Source of the DNA: Eutreptiella sp. 'Long Island Sound 2002'
Taxonomy: Eukaryota > Protista > Euglenida
Assembly (NCBI GenBank): GCA_964036045.1
Contig: OZ038378.1
Span: 66,836,001-66,900,000, forward strand
Length of the DNA stretch: 64,000 nt
Reading direction: 5' to 3'
Both the position numbers and the translations under genes were made by a program. The notes under the pieces are model-generated. The model did not search any database. It worked only from the letters and a program-made list of their open reading frames with translations, and was not told the DNA's origin. Every line of letters begins with the position of its first letter. Position 1 is the stretch's first letter. Shown piece by piece: positions 37,201 to 49,845 of this stretch.

Positions 37201-40200
37201 GAAAACTAACCCTCCGTCTCACCCAAAAACTAACCCCCCGACTAACCCCAAACTACAAGATACCCCAACCATCTGAACCCAACCCTTGACTGCACACAAC
37301 AAAGTGCCCCATCATGGGACACCAAGAAGGGATCCCAAGAAGTGTGACGGGCCGCCAACACGTGCTACACGACTCATGCTTCATTAGTACCACGGGGAGC
37401 CCCCCCCCAAAGCATGTCCAAATAAGGGGGCGAGGGCTGTACTAGACAGGCCCGGAGGGCCAAGTTGTCAATATTTCGATTTTGATGTGTTCCTTAATGT
37501 TTCACATGAGGACAAAAGCACGGAACACGCGGGGATTGGGTGTGGGAAGGAGCCGAGTACTATGAACGGTACCCATCGCTTCGGATATGAACGGAGACAA
37601 ACTTTTCTTTAAGTTGCCCAATCAGGGTTGCAGCCAATAATTGCAAACATTTCAAATATCTCCTATCAGCCCCAAATTTCAGAAGCAAACATACTTGGGA
37701 GTTGGTTTGTACCCTTTCTTGTTGGATTTGTTCTCAGCTACCCTTTTGGATGTTGTGGTCTCTTTCCATTGTTTCATATCAGCTCTTGATGAGTTTCCAT
37801 CGGAGCAAGCCCGGCAAGAGAATCAAAAAGTAGGGAACGCGGTGGTCTTGTCTTCTAGCAATGGCAGCGCTCAAACTACAAGAACACAAGGCGGCACTTG
37901 GACCTCAGCACCAAGGGACAAAGGCATCATTTGCAATGGCACCGAAAAGCAAGCAACTGCAAGCATCTACGAGGCACCAAGAATCGCCAATAAGCATACC
38001 GAATCCTTATAGAAGATGTATTTGGAACCCCACCATTTGGCCAAACAAAAAAGCACCATTTTTTAACGTGTTATTGTAGCAAGAAGCCTTTTCTAGCATA
38101 GTCGGAGCGGATGCCACATGTTTGCGCGAGCAACAAACATCCTAGTTGCCTCCAAGGAACAGGTACAAGAAATAGCGACCACTCGTCACCACGCATCCTT
38201 GTTGTGCATGTCTGCTGCCTATGTTGTGCTAGAGTTTCAATTGAATTCAAAGACACTCCCAAGGATCTTTCTCTTCACTAAAGTTTGCCACTCCCAATTT
38301 TGCACATACTAAACCCCCAGCCCGTCGCTGCCCAAAACCGGCCCAAAGCCTCCTACAACCATGAGGAAGCCTCCAAGAAGTATTGTTGGTTGGGTTACAT
38401 CAAAAAGAGGCAGCACCGTCCCCCCAAAAAGACTAGGGGTAGCTGGTTGAAGCCACTAGGTGTGGCACCAACTACGCAGCACTACGTGTTTCGGATACTA
38501 TCTGTCAAATGTGTGTGGAAGGTTGAATGGCAAGTGTGGGGTCATGCTTTGGAACCGGCCCCGAGAGCTTAATAAGGGGTTGGGGTGTTGCAAAAAGGCT
38601 TGAATGGCCCACCCTAGAGCGAGATCTTGAAGATAGGCAGGAGCAGGGGACGACTTTGCCATGAGGTGCACATTGGAGACGTCTATGTCGCTGCTATTGC
38701 TAATTGTTTACGTGACTTTTGGTGATGCTAGTGCTGTTCCTGCTGGTGCTGGCCGAGGCTATTGTTGCTTTAGGGTCTTGCAACAACAATCCTTGCGACA
38801 TCAATGCCCATCATTCCTGCATCTGTAGACCGAGACCCGCATCCTTGGTGCACTTTGTGGCCTTCTTGTGGCCATATCAGCAACAAGGGCTAAAACCCTC
38901 CCGCAATTACCAGGCAGCGTCCGACAACATTTGTGGTCACAGTGCACCGAAAAGGGGTAGCCCCATCGCCTGACAAATGGGTAGGTGGTTTGAATCAGTG
39001 GATGCAAGGCGCTTCCCTTAGGGGGAGGGCGTGTATTGTGCGTTTACGGTACCATTCTTGGATAGGCCCCAACCCCGAGAGCCCAATAGGGGGGGGGGGA
39101 TGTGGGAAATAGCCTTGACCCCCCCCCCCCGGAGTTCCAATGGATCCCGGGCCCGTCCCCTAGCAAGCACCAAAAAGTGGCCACGATGGCCAAACGTGGG
39201 CACAATAAGGTGTTCACATGGTACGTCTTGTGTTCTTGGAGAAGAATTTTTGGCAGGGATGTAGCAGCCCCGTACCCTAGATTTCCTTGTTGCCTCCCGT
39301 GCACTCACACTAGTTGCCAACATCACATTACGAGTTTGACGACTCTTTCAAGGCGGTGGGCGTTAGGATGTGCAAGGGGGTGTTGTCTTGCGAGGAGGCC
39401 TCACCATGGCACACCATCATGAAGGATTCGTTGGAGCAACCTTGGAGAACGGGAGGTGGCTTGGGATCTGATCCCCAACATGCACTGACGCGCCGCGCGC
39501 TGGGCAGATCCCAAGCTGCCGTTGGGGGACCCACCCCGGCCAATTGGCCGCGGTTTTGGGGTGTGAGACCTGTAGGCAGGCCGTTGAGCTCTCCTCGGCA
39601 CGGTGGCCCCGAGGAACTTGCATGCCACCGCGTGTTCATCCATCGCAGTCGGGGAGGAGGGGCACGAGACGAACGACGATGCATGGAAACAAACTTGGCA
39701 CACCGATGTGGATGGCCTTACTAAGTAGGCTCCTGCCCCCGCATCCCAACATAATACTTATCCTTTCGCATATGTTTCATGTTGAGATGCACGTGGAAAG
39801 TAATATCGCGGAGCATGCTGGTTCGGTCCACTAGACCGTTGTGTGTCAACGGGGAGACATGCTCGTGTTTGCCTCACTATCGGGAGCAAGGTTTGGCTCG
39901 CCTTTCGGGGGTCCGGAAGCAAGGTAAAAGCACCACCTCGTGAAGTTGACAGCAAGTGGAAAGAGTGTTGTTCCTTGTTCTTGAGTTTGGTTAGAGTTTT
40001 GGTCTGTAAAAAAATCAGAGGTCAATGGATGAAATTAGGTGCAGATCTTCAGAGGAACAACCCATTGGAGTTAGGATGAGTGACTTTTGGGTTACGGTGA
40101 GTGAAGGTGCCACAGCTTGCAGCGAGCTCATAGTGAGCTTGAAGTGAACAACCATGACTCGCCAGAGCAACAACATAGGTGCCAAGGGCACTAGTTTTGA

Positions 40201-40699
40201 GACTCTTGGTCGCCCCTAATGGAACCCAGTCTAGCTTGTGTTGCCCCCCGCCCCCGCCCGACGTTTGCCATATACGGCCCCGCCAACATAACTAGAGTCT
40301 GCGGCCCCCACAACAAAAAACTCTCAACCCCCCCCCCCCCCCCCAAGTCTAACATCAATGGCACCGCCAACGCAAAAAAGGCTTGCACCCGCCACAACAA
40401 AAAACTGTGATGTCCACCTCCGCCAAACTACGGCACCTGAGCCGCGGAACACCCTACCACAACAACGCTCACCCCTGACATGCAATTGCCCCCTATATGT
40501 ACTATGCATTTGTCCATACCTTGCCGTCGCGGCAACATGCCGTGAAAAAGGAAATCAAAGAGAAACTCAGGGAAGAGGAGGTGGGCACATGATGCAATTC
40601 TCATATGTGGGTGGGCGTTGCACCCATTCGGGCATTTGTTGCAAAGTGTGTCCACATAATACGCCACATTGGGCCATCTTCCCTAGTGACCTCAGCCCA

Positions 40700-41300
40700 T
40701 CATTAGAAGCGACGGCTAGGTGTCCTAGAGGCGGTGGTCGTACGCCAGCCGAGCGGTATGAGGCCCACCTCCAGCCCGATGGTGCCATATTGGTGGTGTT
40801 GGCCAACACGCAATTGTGTGGGCTGCCGCTGGAGCGGGACAACAAGTCCTATGCCCTCGCATATTATGGCCGATGCGTAGTATGCATGCACATCTTGCAC
40901 CGGGATATGCCATACCTTCTCCTAGACCTTAATAGTGTGTTATCATGGGCCGATGTTGTGCCGTGGCCCAACAAACTAAGTGCGCCCGCGAAGCGGGGGG
41001 GGGGGGTCTAGTGACGGAGGACGTCGCCTCGATACACCGTGCCATTTGTGACCTATATGCGCGCTTTCCCCTATTCAATGCCGCGTGCATCTTGCCAGCC
41101 CCCCATGTGTTGCAACCAGGGGACCACCAACACACGTGGGTCACCATTCGTGGAGATGGCACCAATCAGTGGAATTCGGCTTATGTGCATTGGGCACTAA
41201 GTGCCTCTAGTCGTGGCTGCAACAACCTTGCTAGCTGCTGGTTGTTTGAGCGTGTGAATATGTGGAAGATCGTGTTGAAGCTGATGTGACTATGATGGGC
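40700..41300 (+). mobile_element. Possible decayed LINE RT fragment
   Basis: CPRGGGRTPAERYE (PGxDGxxxExY-like), MPYLLLDLNSVLSWADVVPW (LDxxKAFDxVxW-like), SRGCNNLASCWLF (QGCxLSxxLF-like). Confidence 0.3.
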
Positions 41301-41769
41301 ACCTAGAAGCTGCAACAATGCCAATGCTGCGACTGGACGATGTAGGACTATGAGATCCTCTATTTTTCCTGCGGGCGGACATCAAAGCACAGCGGTGCTT
41401 GCTTGGGGTGATGGCTTTGCAAAGCGAAGGCCGAGGGTGATGGTATGGTATGCCATTGTTGCGGTGAGAACCGCGAAACCGTGCTTCAACGTCTCGGCGG
41501 TGCAAAAATTGCCAGCGCCTGAATTGAGGAGACAGTGCCTTTCATGGGAATCCTCCGGGATATCCCGGCTGACTGAAAGATTCGGGACAACGGTGTCCAT
41601 GACATGCTGGCAGTGTGCAGCTCCGCATTCTCGGCTAGTGTGTGAGGATTTGTGTTCTCGGCTCGAACAGGTCTAGCCTAGAGCATTCTAGCCCAGAACT
41701 TCCGGCCTAGGACAATTTTGCTTGTTGTAGTGTGTACCAAAGAATGAACATGCACTTTGGGCTTGGAAC

Positions 41770-42630
41770 CCGGAGGCGGACTTTAGACCTTCAACCCGGA
41801 CACGGCATCCCGATGCGAAATTCGAACGAGGAATCTTTATGCCCAATTGGGATGTGGAACTTGGAGATGGAGTTATGACACCAAATGCACATGCCACATA
41901 CCGACGTACAATCCGCATGCAGAATCCGGACGCGGAATGAGGGCGTTGAAACTAGGTTTGCCATCCAGGAGTGGAATCCAAACGCGAAATTGGAACGCGG
42001 CGTTTGGACGTGAAACCCTGCCATGAAATTTGCATGCTAAATACGGACGCGACATTTTCACATGGTATCCACATGTCAAATTTAGACACGGAACTGAGGC
42101 GTAGAATTTGGATGCACAATCTAGTCCCGCATTCGGGACGTGGAATCCGGATGCACAATCTAGATGCAGAATTTGGATACCAACACCGGAGGTGGATCTG
42201 GCCACCAAGTCCGTCCGCATAATCCGAACGAGCTATACGGAAGGAGCATTTAGACGTGGAATCCGGATACCTAGTACGGAAGCGGAATCTACACCGTAGA
42301 GTTGTCACCGGGAATCCACACGCAGAATGCGGGTGTGCAATTCGAACGCGGAAACACATTGCGCAATTTAGAACAGACCCGGCACGAGAAATTCGAGATG
42401 AGAAATATATTAGTGGAATCGGGATGTGGCATTCGGATGCAAAATCGGGAAGCAAACTGCAGAATGGAACTTGGAACTTCGAACAGGAAAGCCGGACCCG
42501 AAATCTGGATGCAAAATGTGGATGTGCAATCTGAACGCAACATCCAGAGGTGGCATTTGCACAAGCAGTGTTGTGGCGGCCTCCCAACGCGGAATGCGGA
42601 CATAGAATATTGAAGCAGAATACGGACGCA
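41770..42630. repeat. Degenerate minisatellite block of ~12-14-bp GCGGAATCCGGAC/GATGCAGAAT-type motifs
   Basis: Dense recurrence of CGGAAT, CCGGAT, GGACGCGG and CTAGA. The same family occurs at 45965-46140 and 47540-49845. Confidence 0.85.
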
Positions 42631-45600
42631 GGGGTAATTAGATAGCAAGCCTTGCTGCTTTATATCACAGCAATGCCGCCAAAGCACGTGTTCTAGGGCA
42701 CTTCCCGTGATGTAGTAGCGTACTACAAATCACCCATAGCCGCCATTCCCTGGAGTGGCACCAGCTGCCGCAGCCGGGCACCTTTCAAGGGTTTGCCCTC
42801 GTGGGCTGCATGCTGCACAAGTCCCACCTCAAAAGCACTAGAGCACCTTATAGATGCTCTAGCGTTGAAAAGCTGCTGCACCAATCAGCCCGCATTGCCC
42901 TTGCTCATTCCCCGTTGGACCGTGAGCACACTAGAGCACAAATAGCGGATCCAAATAGTAGAGTTCTTTTGGTTTCAACGTCATTGGGAAGGAAAACTCA
43001 GGGTACTTGGCAACACCATGGAATGTAGGTCATAGGAGGTACATGAGGTGGCGAAGGTGATCTTGGCGGTCAAACTAGTAGCAGGGTCAACCACGTCAAA
43101 CGTTGGGAGGGGGCGGAGGGGGAAAAGGAACCGCCAGATACACCCACTGAGTGTTAGGCTATTACACCCGCTTCCATGTTGCGATGTGGGGTGTGGGATG
43201 AGGCACTCTAGCTTGTCTTATTCAGGTAAAGGTTAGGGATGGCATGCCTTTTCTTTGTGGCACGTGTATTGTTGGATTTGCTTGTATGTGTAATGTGTTG
43301 CATATTGCTTGAAACTAAGAGGTAGGCATGTTGCTACCTACTTCCCGCCTTCCAGTGACTGAAAAAGCATCCCTGACAACGAAGCTCTCGGCAGCGGGAT
43401 GTTTACCTTGCCAGATGTTGTCACATGCGCACTCCAACCACGTTTGGCAGGACCCAAAGTTGTTGCGGGGTGTTCGGGGCAGCAAAGCAGTCGTTGATTG
43501 GCGTTCAATTGACGGGTTCTCTGCGGCGGAGGCCTGCTTGTTTCCTCTCCCCTTCCTTCCGTTCTTGCTTCCCTACTTAGTGTTTTATTTCAAAAGGCCC
43601 TGAAGGGATAACCTAAGCCCCATAGCTATCGCTGCCCTTGTGAAAGGTGCCTTGGGAGGATAGCCAATCCCGTAGAATTTGTGGATTGTGTTGCCCCCCT
43701 TCCCCGCCCCCTCCCCATGCATGGGGTGCGATGTTGTGTCTTTTGGTGGGTAGGTTGCTTGGTTCCTTGGTTGCCTAGTTGATTGGTTGAATGGTGGTTT
43801 GTTGGTTTGGCTAGTTCCTAGGTTGGGACGTTTGGTGGGATAGGTGGGTTGATGGGTTGGTGTGTTGGCGCGTCGGCCGTTTGGTCGCACGTGTTGTGCT
43901 ATGTGGTGTGGTGTCTACACCTTGTCTTGTGTGGTGTGGTGTGCTTTTGCATGGTGCAAGGTGTTACGTCTCTGTGTAAAGATGTTTGTGCCGTTGTTGA
44001 AGAGGTCATGAAGGGCTTGTACACATGTAATCCTTTGTTCTAGTCTCGTTCTAAGGAACACATTGCAGCTTCCTTGTAGCGCCCAAGGTGAAAGTTGCGA
44101 TGGATCGCTAGATAACTCCTCGAATGCGGTCGCTAGAACGAAACTGGAGCCAAAAGATGTCATGTAAGGGACCTACCAAGGACGTTTGCAATGGCTCGAT
44201 ATACATGAGAGAACATACATGCACATACCACACAATGGAACAACACACAACACAAATTGCACATCCCCAGACGCCACAACCGAACACACCACAACATCAC
44301 AGACCGCCGTACCAAGCAGCACAACCCCAAATAGCATAGCCGTACAGATAGATTCGTTGTAAGGAACACACTGTAGCATCGTTCTAGCGACCAAAGTGGA
44401 AGCATTCGCTAGGAAAATCCTCAAATGTGGTCGCTGGAACCGAACTAGAAGCGAAGCATGAAACGTGCAATACCTACTGAGGGCGCTTGCAATGGCTGGA
44501 CACAGTGTGTGTGGGGGGGTGGTTCTCAGAATTGGATGTCCCGCTGAACGAAAACCCCAGGGCCAAATTTAAAAAATGGGGGGGCTTGGGGGGGGGTTTG
44601 AGGAAGTTTTTCGCTACGCGGGGGCATCGTCCACGAGAAGGGCACTACAACCTCCCATTCCCCTCACACAACCCCGCTTCGCGGACGCAAAATGGACCCA
44701 GTGGCCTAAAAAGGTATCATACATGCACACCAAAAGAACCACATTCCGGTTCTCACATAGTGTCAGGCACGTCCGAACGATTGGGTATGCGGCCCAAGTG
44801 TGATCCGACAATTCGCGCCTACCAACGTCTACAGCAGAGTTTCATCCGATTGGGTATTTGTGGGTCTCCGAGGCGGTCATGAGGTTCGAAGTGCACCATG
44901 GGGTTAGAAGTGCAGCATGGGGGGTGAAACACATCAAGGGTAGTCATGGGGTCCGGGATGCACCACAGGGTTAGAAATAAACAATGGCATGAAAAATGCA
45001 TGGAGGAGAGGGCATAAAAGAAGAGAAAGGGTGTGTGTGATACTCAGCCGGCGCAACACTGGGGCCCTTGAAGCTGTGGCCGGCCAGCCTACCTCGTTGC
45101 GCCATTGTGTGGGCCTTATAGTCCTAGAGTGCATGCTCTGAGGAAGGAGAGGGAGAGCGAGCAGGTGTAGGGGGTGGAGAAGGCACCAGTTTGCGACTTG
45201 TGAGTGCGTGTGTGTCCGGCTACTTGTTGCGCCCCGACATCTTTACCGTGTGTCGCTAGTGAGCACTTTGCATGGCATTGGTAATGGGCCGCTTTGTGCC
45301 CTTGGCGTCTACTTCCACCCCGGAAGGAGAGGTAGAAGACGAAGAAGGTGAGGAAGAAGAGGAGCTGTCGGCATATTCGGATGATGCTGAGCTCTCGTTG
45401 CCGCGGGACGGGTGCTCATGTGTTGCAAGCCCTGATTTCACAGAGCGTGGTTCCTCCCGTGGTTTCCGTTCCCAATCCAAGTGGCCAAGAGAGGATTCCC
45501 AGAAAGATGCACCCTATTTGTTAACCGCATGTGCTAGCTTCAAATTGATCTTGGGCTTCATCAACATTGGAGAACACCGGCGACCTCACCTAGCCTTCTC

Positions 45601-46674
45601 GGGCGCCCAAAGAAGGGGGAATTGCTTTGTAACGCCTGCGTTCTCGGGGGTCCCCAGAAGGGGGGGACAAAACCATAATTGGCTACCTCACCCCTGCCCT
45701 CTCGGGGGCCCAAAGGATGGCAGAATTGTTAGCTTGTTCTCTCGAACAGAACTAGAGCAAAACTAGAATGAAACTTGTTGGACCTCAAATTTTGATCAAA
45801 AAAGTCAAAACCTCGAAAATTGTATTCTGAGGCCCCTAGTACAGCTCTTGGGGTCCAAGCCCGAACCACATGGTTCGGGGGAATGCTCGTCTTTTTTGTT
45901 CTCGTTGGTTTAGCAAGTCTAGGCTGGAACATAAATTTGCTGTGGTGGGGTGTATGAGGAGAAACTCCGCGTTTCAATTCCACATCCGAATCCCATATCC
46001 AAAGTTCCATTCTGCGGTCCGCATCCAGATTCTGCATCCAAATTCAACATTTGAACACCGTGAACGGATTCCTCGTCCAAGTTCGATGTTCGACGTCCAT
46101 GTCCAAAGTCTAGACGTCCAATCGCGTGGGGCGTTTTGGAACCCACCCCCCTTTTTGAAAATGTTCCGTTGGGGGGTTTCAAGGGTGTTTTGTGACCCAA
46201 GGACCCCATTTATGAAGATATTTATAGTGACGTTCTTTTGGGCCTGCAAAACCACTTTTGGGGGGGGGCTAAATTTTGGGATATGCACTCATAATGAACA
46301 ACATTTGAGCCCCCTTGGCTTCGGAATATAGCCCGTCAGAAGGCATGGGTGATGTAGCCACTTCTAGTTTTGTCCACCTTTAGCCCCCCCCCCCCCCCGA
46401 AGAGGCAAGCGTTACGTAGCGATTCCACCCTCTTCTGGGCGGCTAAAAAGGCCGGGGTGAGGGAACCCATTTTGATTTGGTTCTCGTTTCTGGGGGACCC
46501 CCTAGAACGTAGGGGTTGCGCGGAAAAGTTTCGTTCTAGCCTCGAACATCTCGTTTAGAACGAAACTAGAACGAGAACATTCAGACAGCTTTGGCAAGTA
46601 AAGTAGGCCCAAGTGTTTGTGTGTGTGTCTGTGTGTTGGCAGGGGGGGTCAAGCACACATACACACATAGAAAT

Positions 46675-47200
46675 CAACACATTCCCTTGGTCGGTAGATA
46701 GGTTGCGTAGGCATTTAGTTGGCTGGCGCGTTGGGCGGTCGGTTCGTTGATCAGTTGGTCGGTGGCTTGGTAGTGGTTGGCTGGGCGGGCTGGTTGGTTG
46801 GTTGGTTGGTTGGTTGGTTGGGTGGTGGATTGGTTGGTTGGTTGGTTGGTTGGTTGGTTGGTTGGTTGTTGGCTGGTTGTTTGTCGGTTGTTGGGTTGTT
46901 TATTGATTGGTTGGTTGTTTGTTGGTCGTTTGGTTGGTGGGTTGGTTGTTGGTTGTTGGGTTGGTTGTTGGTTGGCTGGTTGTTTGTTGGTTGTTGGGTT
47001 GTGTGTTGATTGGTTGGTTGTTGGTTGGTCGGTTGTGGGTTGGTTGGTTGCTAGTTGTTGAGTTGGTTGTTGGTTGGTTGGCTGCAAGTTGATTTTTGGT
47101 TTGTTGGTTTGTTGGTGCGTTTGAGTGAGTAGTCTTTTCTTGTTTGGTTGGTGGTTCGTTGGTTGGTGGGTTGGGTTTGCTAATTAGTTTGGTGGGGTGT
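46675..47200. repeat. (GGTT)n/(GTT)n microsatellite-rich tract
   Basis: Directly visible; part of the same composite family as the 31-32 kb arms. Confidence 0.95.
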
Positions 47201-47539
47201 GTGAGGATGTGGTGTCTGAGGGTGTGGAGTGTGGAGTTGTGTTGTGTAAAGTTGTGTTGTACGGGTCTATGTTGTCTGGGGCTTTGTGAATTTCTAGTTT
47301 TTGGGATTGTGGTGTACTGGGCTGATGTGTGCGGGGCTGGTGTGCTATTGGGTTGTCGTGTGTGGGGTTAGGTTGTGTGCAGCTATGCTGCTTGAGGCAG
47401 GACAGCGGTCTCTGAGGTCGTGGTGTGTTGGGTTGTGGTGTGTGGGGTTGTGGAACATGTGTTATGTGGTGTTCCATTGCGTGGTATGTTGCGTCTGTGT
47501 TCTCTGATGTATGTGCACCTAGGGGGGGGGGATTCTCAC

Positions 47540-49845
47540 ATCCACATCCCGCGTTTGGTTTCCCCGCCAGCCCTTCACGTTCTAGATGCCGCTTCCGATT
47601 TCCATGTCCAAATGTTGTGTCTGGATTCCGTGTTTAGATTCCGCGTCTAGACTGAGTGGCCACGCCCCGCATCCGGATTCCACTCCACATTCCGCGTCAT
47701 AAATCCGGGTTCAAATGTTGATTTCTCATTCTGTGTTGGTATTCCAAGTCCAAATCATATATCCACACTCTGTGTCTAGATTCCGCATCCGGATTGTGTG
47801 CCCGGATTTTGCTTCCAAATTTCACGTCTCAATTCCATGTCCCTAGTCCGCCTCCGAAATACGCGTCCACAGACTACATTTGTATTTCGCGCTCCGAACC
47901 TGTATTCTACGTCCGCGTGCCGATTCCGCATCCGGCTTTGGTGGCCACATCCAGCGTCCACATGCTGTGCTTGGATGCCGCGTACGGATGTTGTGTCCAA
48001 GTTACACGTGCAGATTACACATTCAACTTTTGTGCCCGGATTTTGCGTCATGAGTGCGCATTGACATCCCGTGTCCGGTTTTGGGGGTCCAAATACTATG
48101 TCCACGTTCCAAATCGGTAGTCCGTATCCGGATTCTGCACCTGGATTTACCTTTTGCATTCGGTGTCCTATTTCGAGGTGCAATTCTCAGTCCGGATTCC
48201 GTGGCCGGATCCCCTGTAGATTGTTTGCGTCCGGATATCATGTTCAAAGGCCACGTCCCAAATGGCCGGACCCCGCGGCCGAATTGTGTGTTCACATTCC
48301 ATGTCCGGATTTGGCGTCTAATTTTCGCATCCAGATTGCTGGACTAGATTCCATATCTGGATTCCATGTCCGGATTTTGCTTCCGCTTTCCGCCTCGCAA
48401 TTCCACATCTAAATTTTGGAAACCAATTCCGCGTCTAAAGTTGGCATGTAAATTTTGTCCAACCCGCACGTGGAAATGGGATGCCGAGTCCGCATGCGGC
48501 TTGTGCACGCGGAATTTGGACGTAGGATTTGGCCATCGAATCTAAACGCAAAATTTCGACAAGGACACGGAAAATTAAATACACAATCCAAATGCGTGAA
48601 CCCGGACATGTAATCCAAACGCTAAATCCAGGCACGGAATCCGGATACATACGTGGAATCCGAGCGCAAAATCTGAAGGCAGAATCCGGTTACAAAATGT
48701 GGACGTAGAAACCGAACGTGGAATCCCTACGCGGTTTGTGCATGCGGAGTCCGCACACACAATCCAATGACCCACCAAATTCAGATGCGGAACTTGGACT
48801 CGGAATCCAAATGCAGAATATGGACGAGGAATTCGGACGTTGACCTGGGATGCGGAATCTTCACAGGGAATCCGGACACATCATTTGGACGTGGAATCCG
48901 CACATGGAACCTAGGAGTGGAACTCGTGAATAGACCGTGGAATTGCAATGTGCAAACGGGATCCAAACACGGAATTTGGACGGGGGATCTGGCCACCGAA
49001 TCCCAACACGGAATCGGGGCGCAGCACTCGGACACAGAATCCAGACGTAGAATCCCGACGCGGAATCCGCACATGTGATTTCGACACACAATCCGGACGC
49101 AGAACCTAAACACGGAATGCCGATGTGAAATTGGGTCAAAATATAGAGGCATAGCACGGAATGTGGTCACATTTTTTGGACCTGGAACCCGCACACGGAA
49201 TCTAGACTCGTGGTCCGGATGTGTAATGTGGATGCGGAATATCAATGGGGGACCCCGCCACCCAACGTGGGCGCAGAACTCGTACATGGAGTGTGGAGTT
49301 TGGACATGGAATCTTGATGCGGAATCCGGACGCAACATCCAACCACGGAATCAAGCCACAAGATTTGGACACATAATGCGGACAAAGAAACGTGGTGTGG
49401 GATCCACAAGCGGAATATCCACACTGAATTCGAGTGTGGAATCTGGACCCAGAATTTGCACGCAGCATCCACAAGCGGGATGCGGCCAAATGCGGCCTCC
49501 CAATTGCGCGTCCGAATTCCGTGTCCAAATTTTGCGAGAAAACTTTGCATCCAGGTTCTTTGTCTACTTTTCGCATCCAAATTGCGCAACCGGATTCTGC
49601 GTCCTAATTTCAAGTCCGAATTTTGTGTCCGTATTTTGAGTCCGAAATCCCACAACAACGTTACGTGTCCAAGTTCCGCGCCCGGGTTCCGTATCCGTTT
49701 TCCGCGTCTAGTTTTGGCGTCCAAACTGCACGCCGGGATTGCGTGTCGGGATTCAGCATCCAATTTCCCGAGCTTGATTCTGCATCTGCCTTTTGCGCCT
49801 TGATTCCGCGTCCGGAGTCCACATCCCAATTCCGCGTCCGGATTT
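47540..49845. repeat. Three alternately oriented blocks of the CGGAAT/ATTCCG minisatellite
   Basis: ATTCCG-rich 47540-~48440, CGGAAT-rich ~48440-49490, ATTCCG-rich ~49490-49845. Confidence 0.85.

Noticed and set aside
37700-38450. hAT N-terminal zinc-finger relic
   Set aside because: Only a faint resemblance across shifting frames.
46675-47200. Telomeric or interstitial telomere repeat; Gln/Pro/Thr-rich ORFs
   Set aside because: The repeat is GGTT/GTT, not TTAGGG-like, and the ORFs are microsatellite translations.
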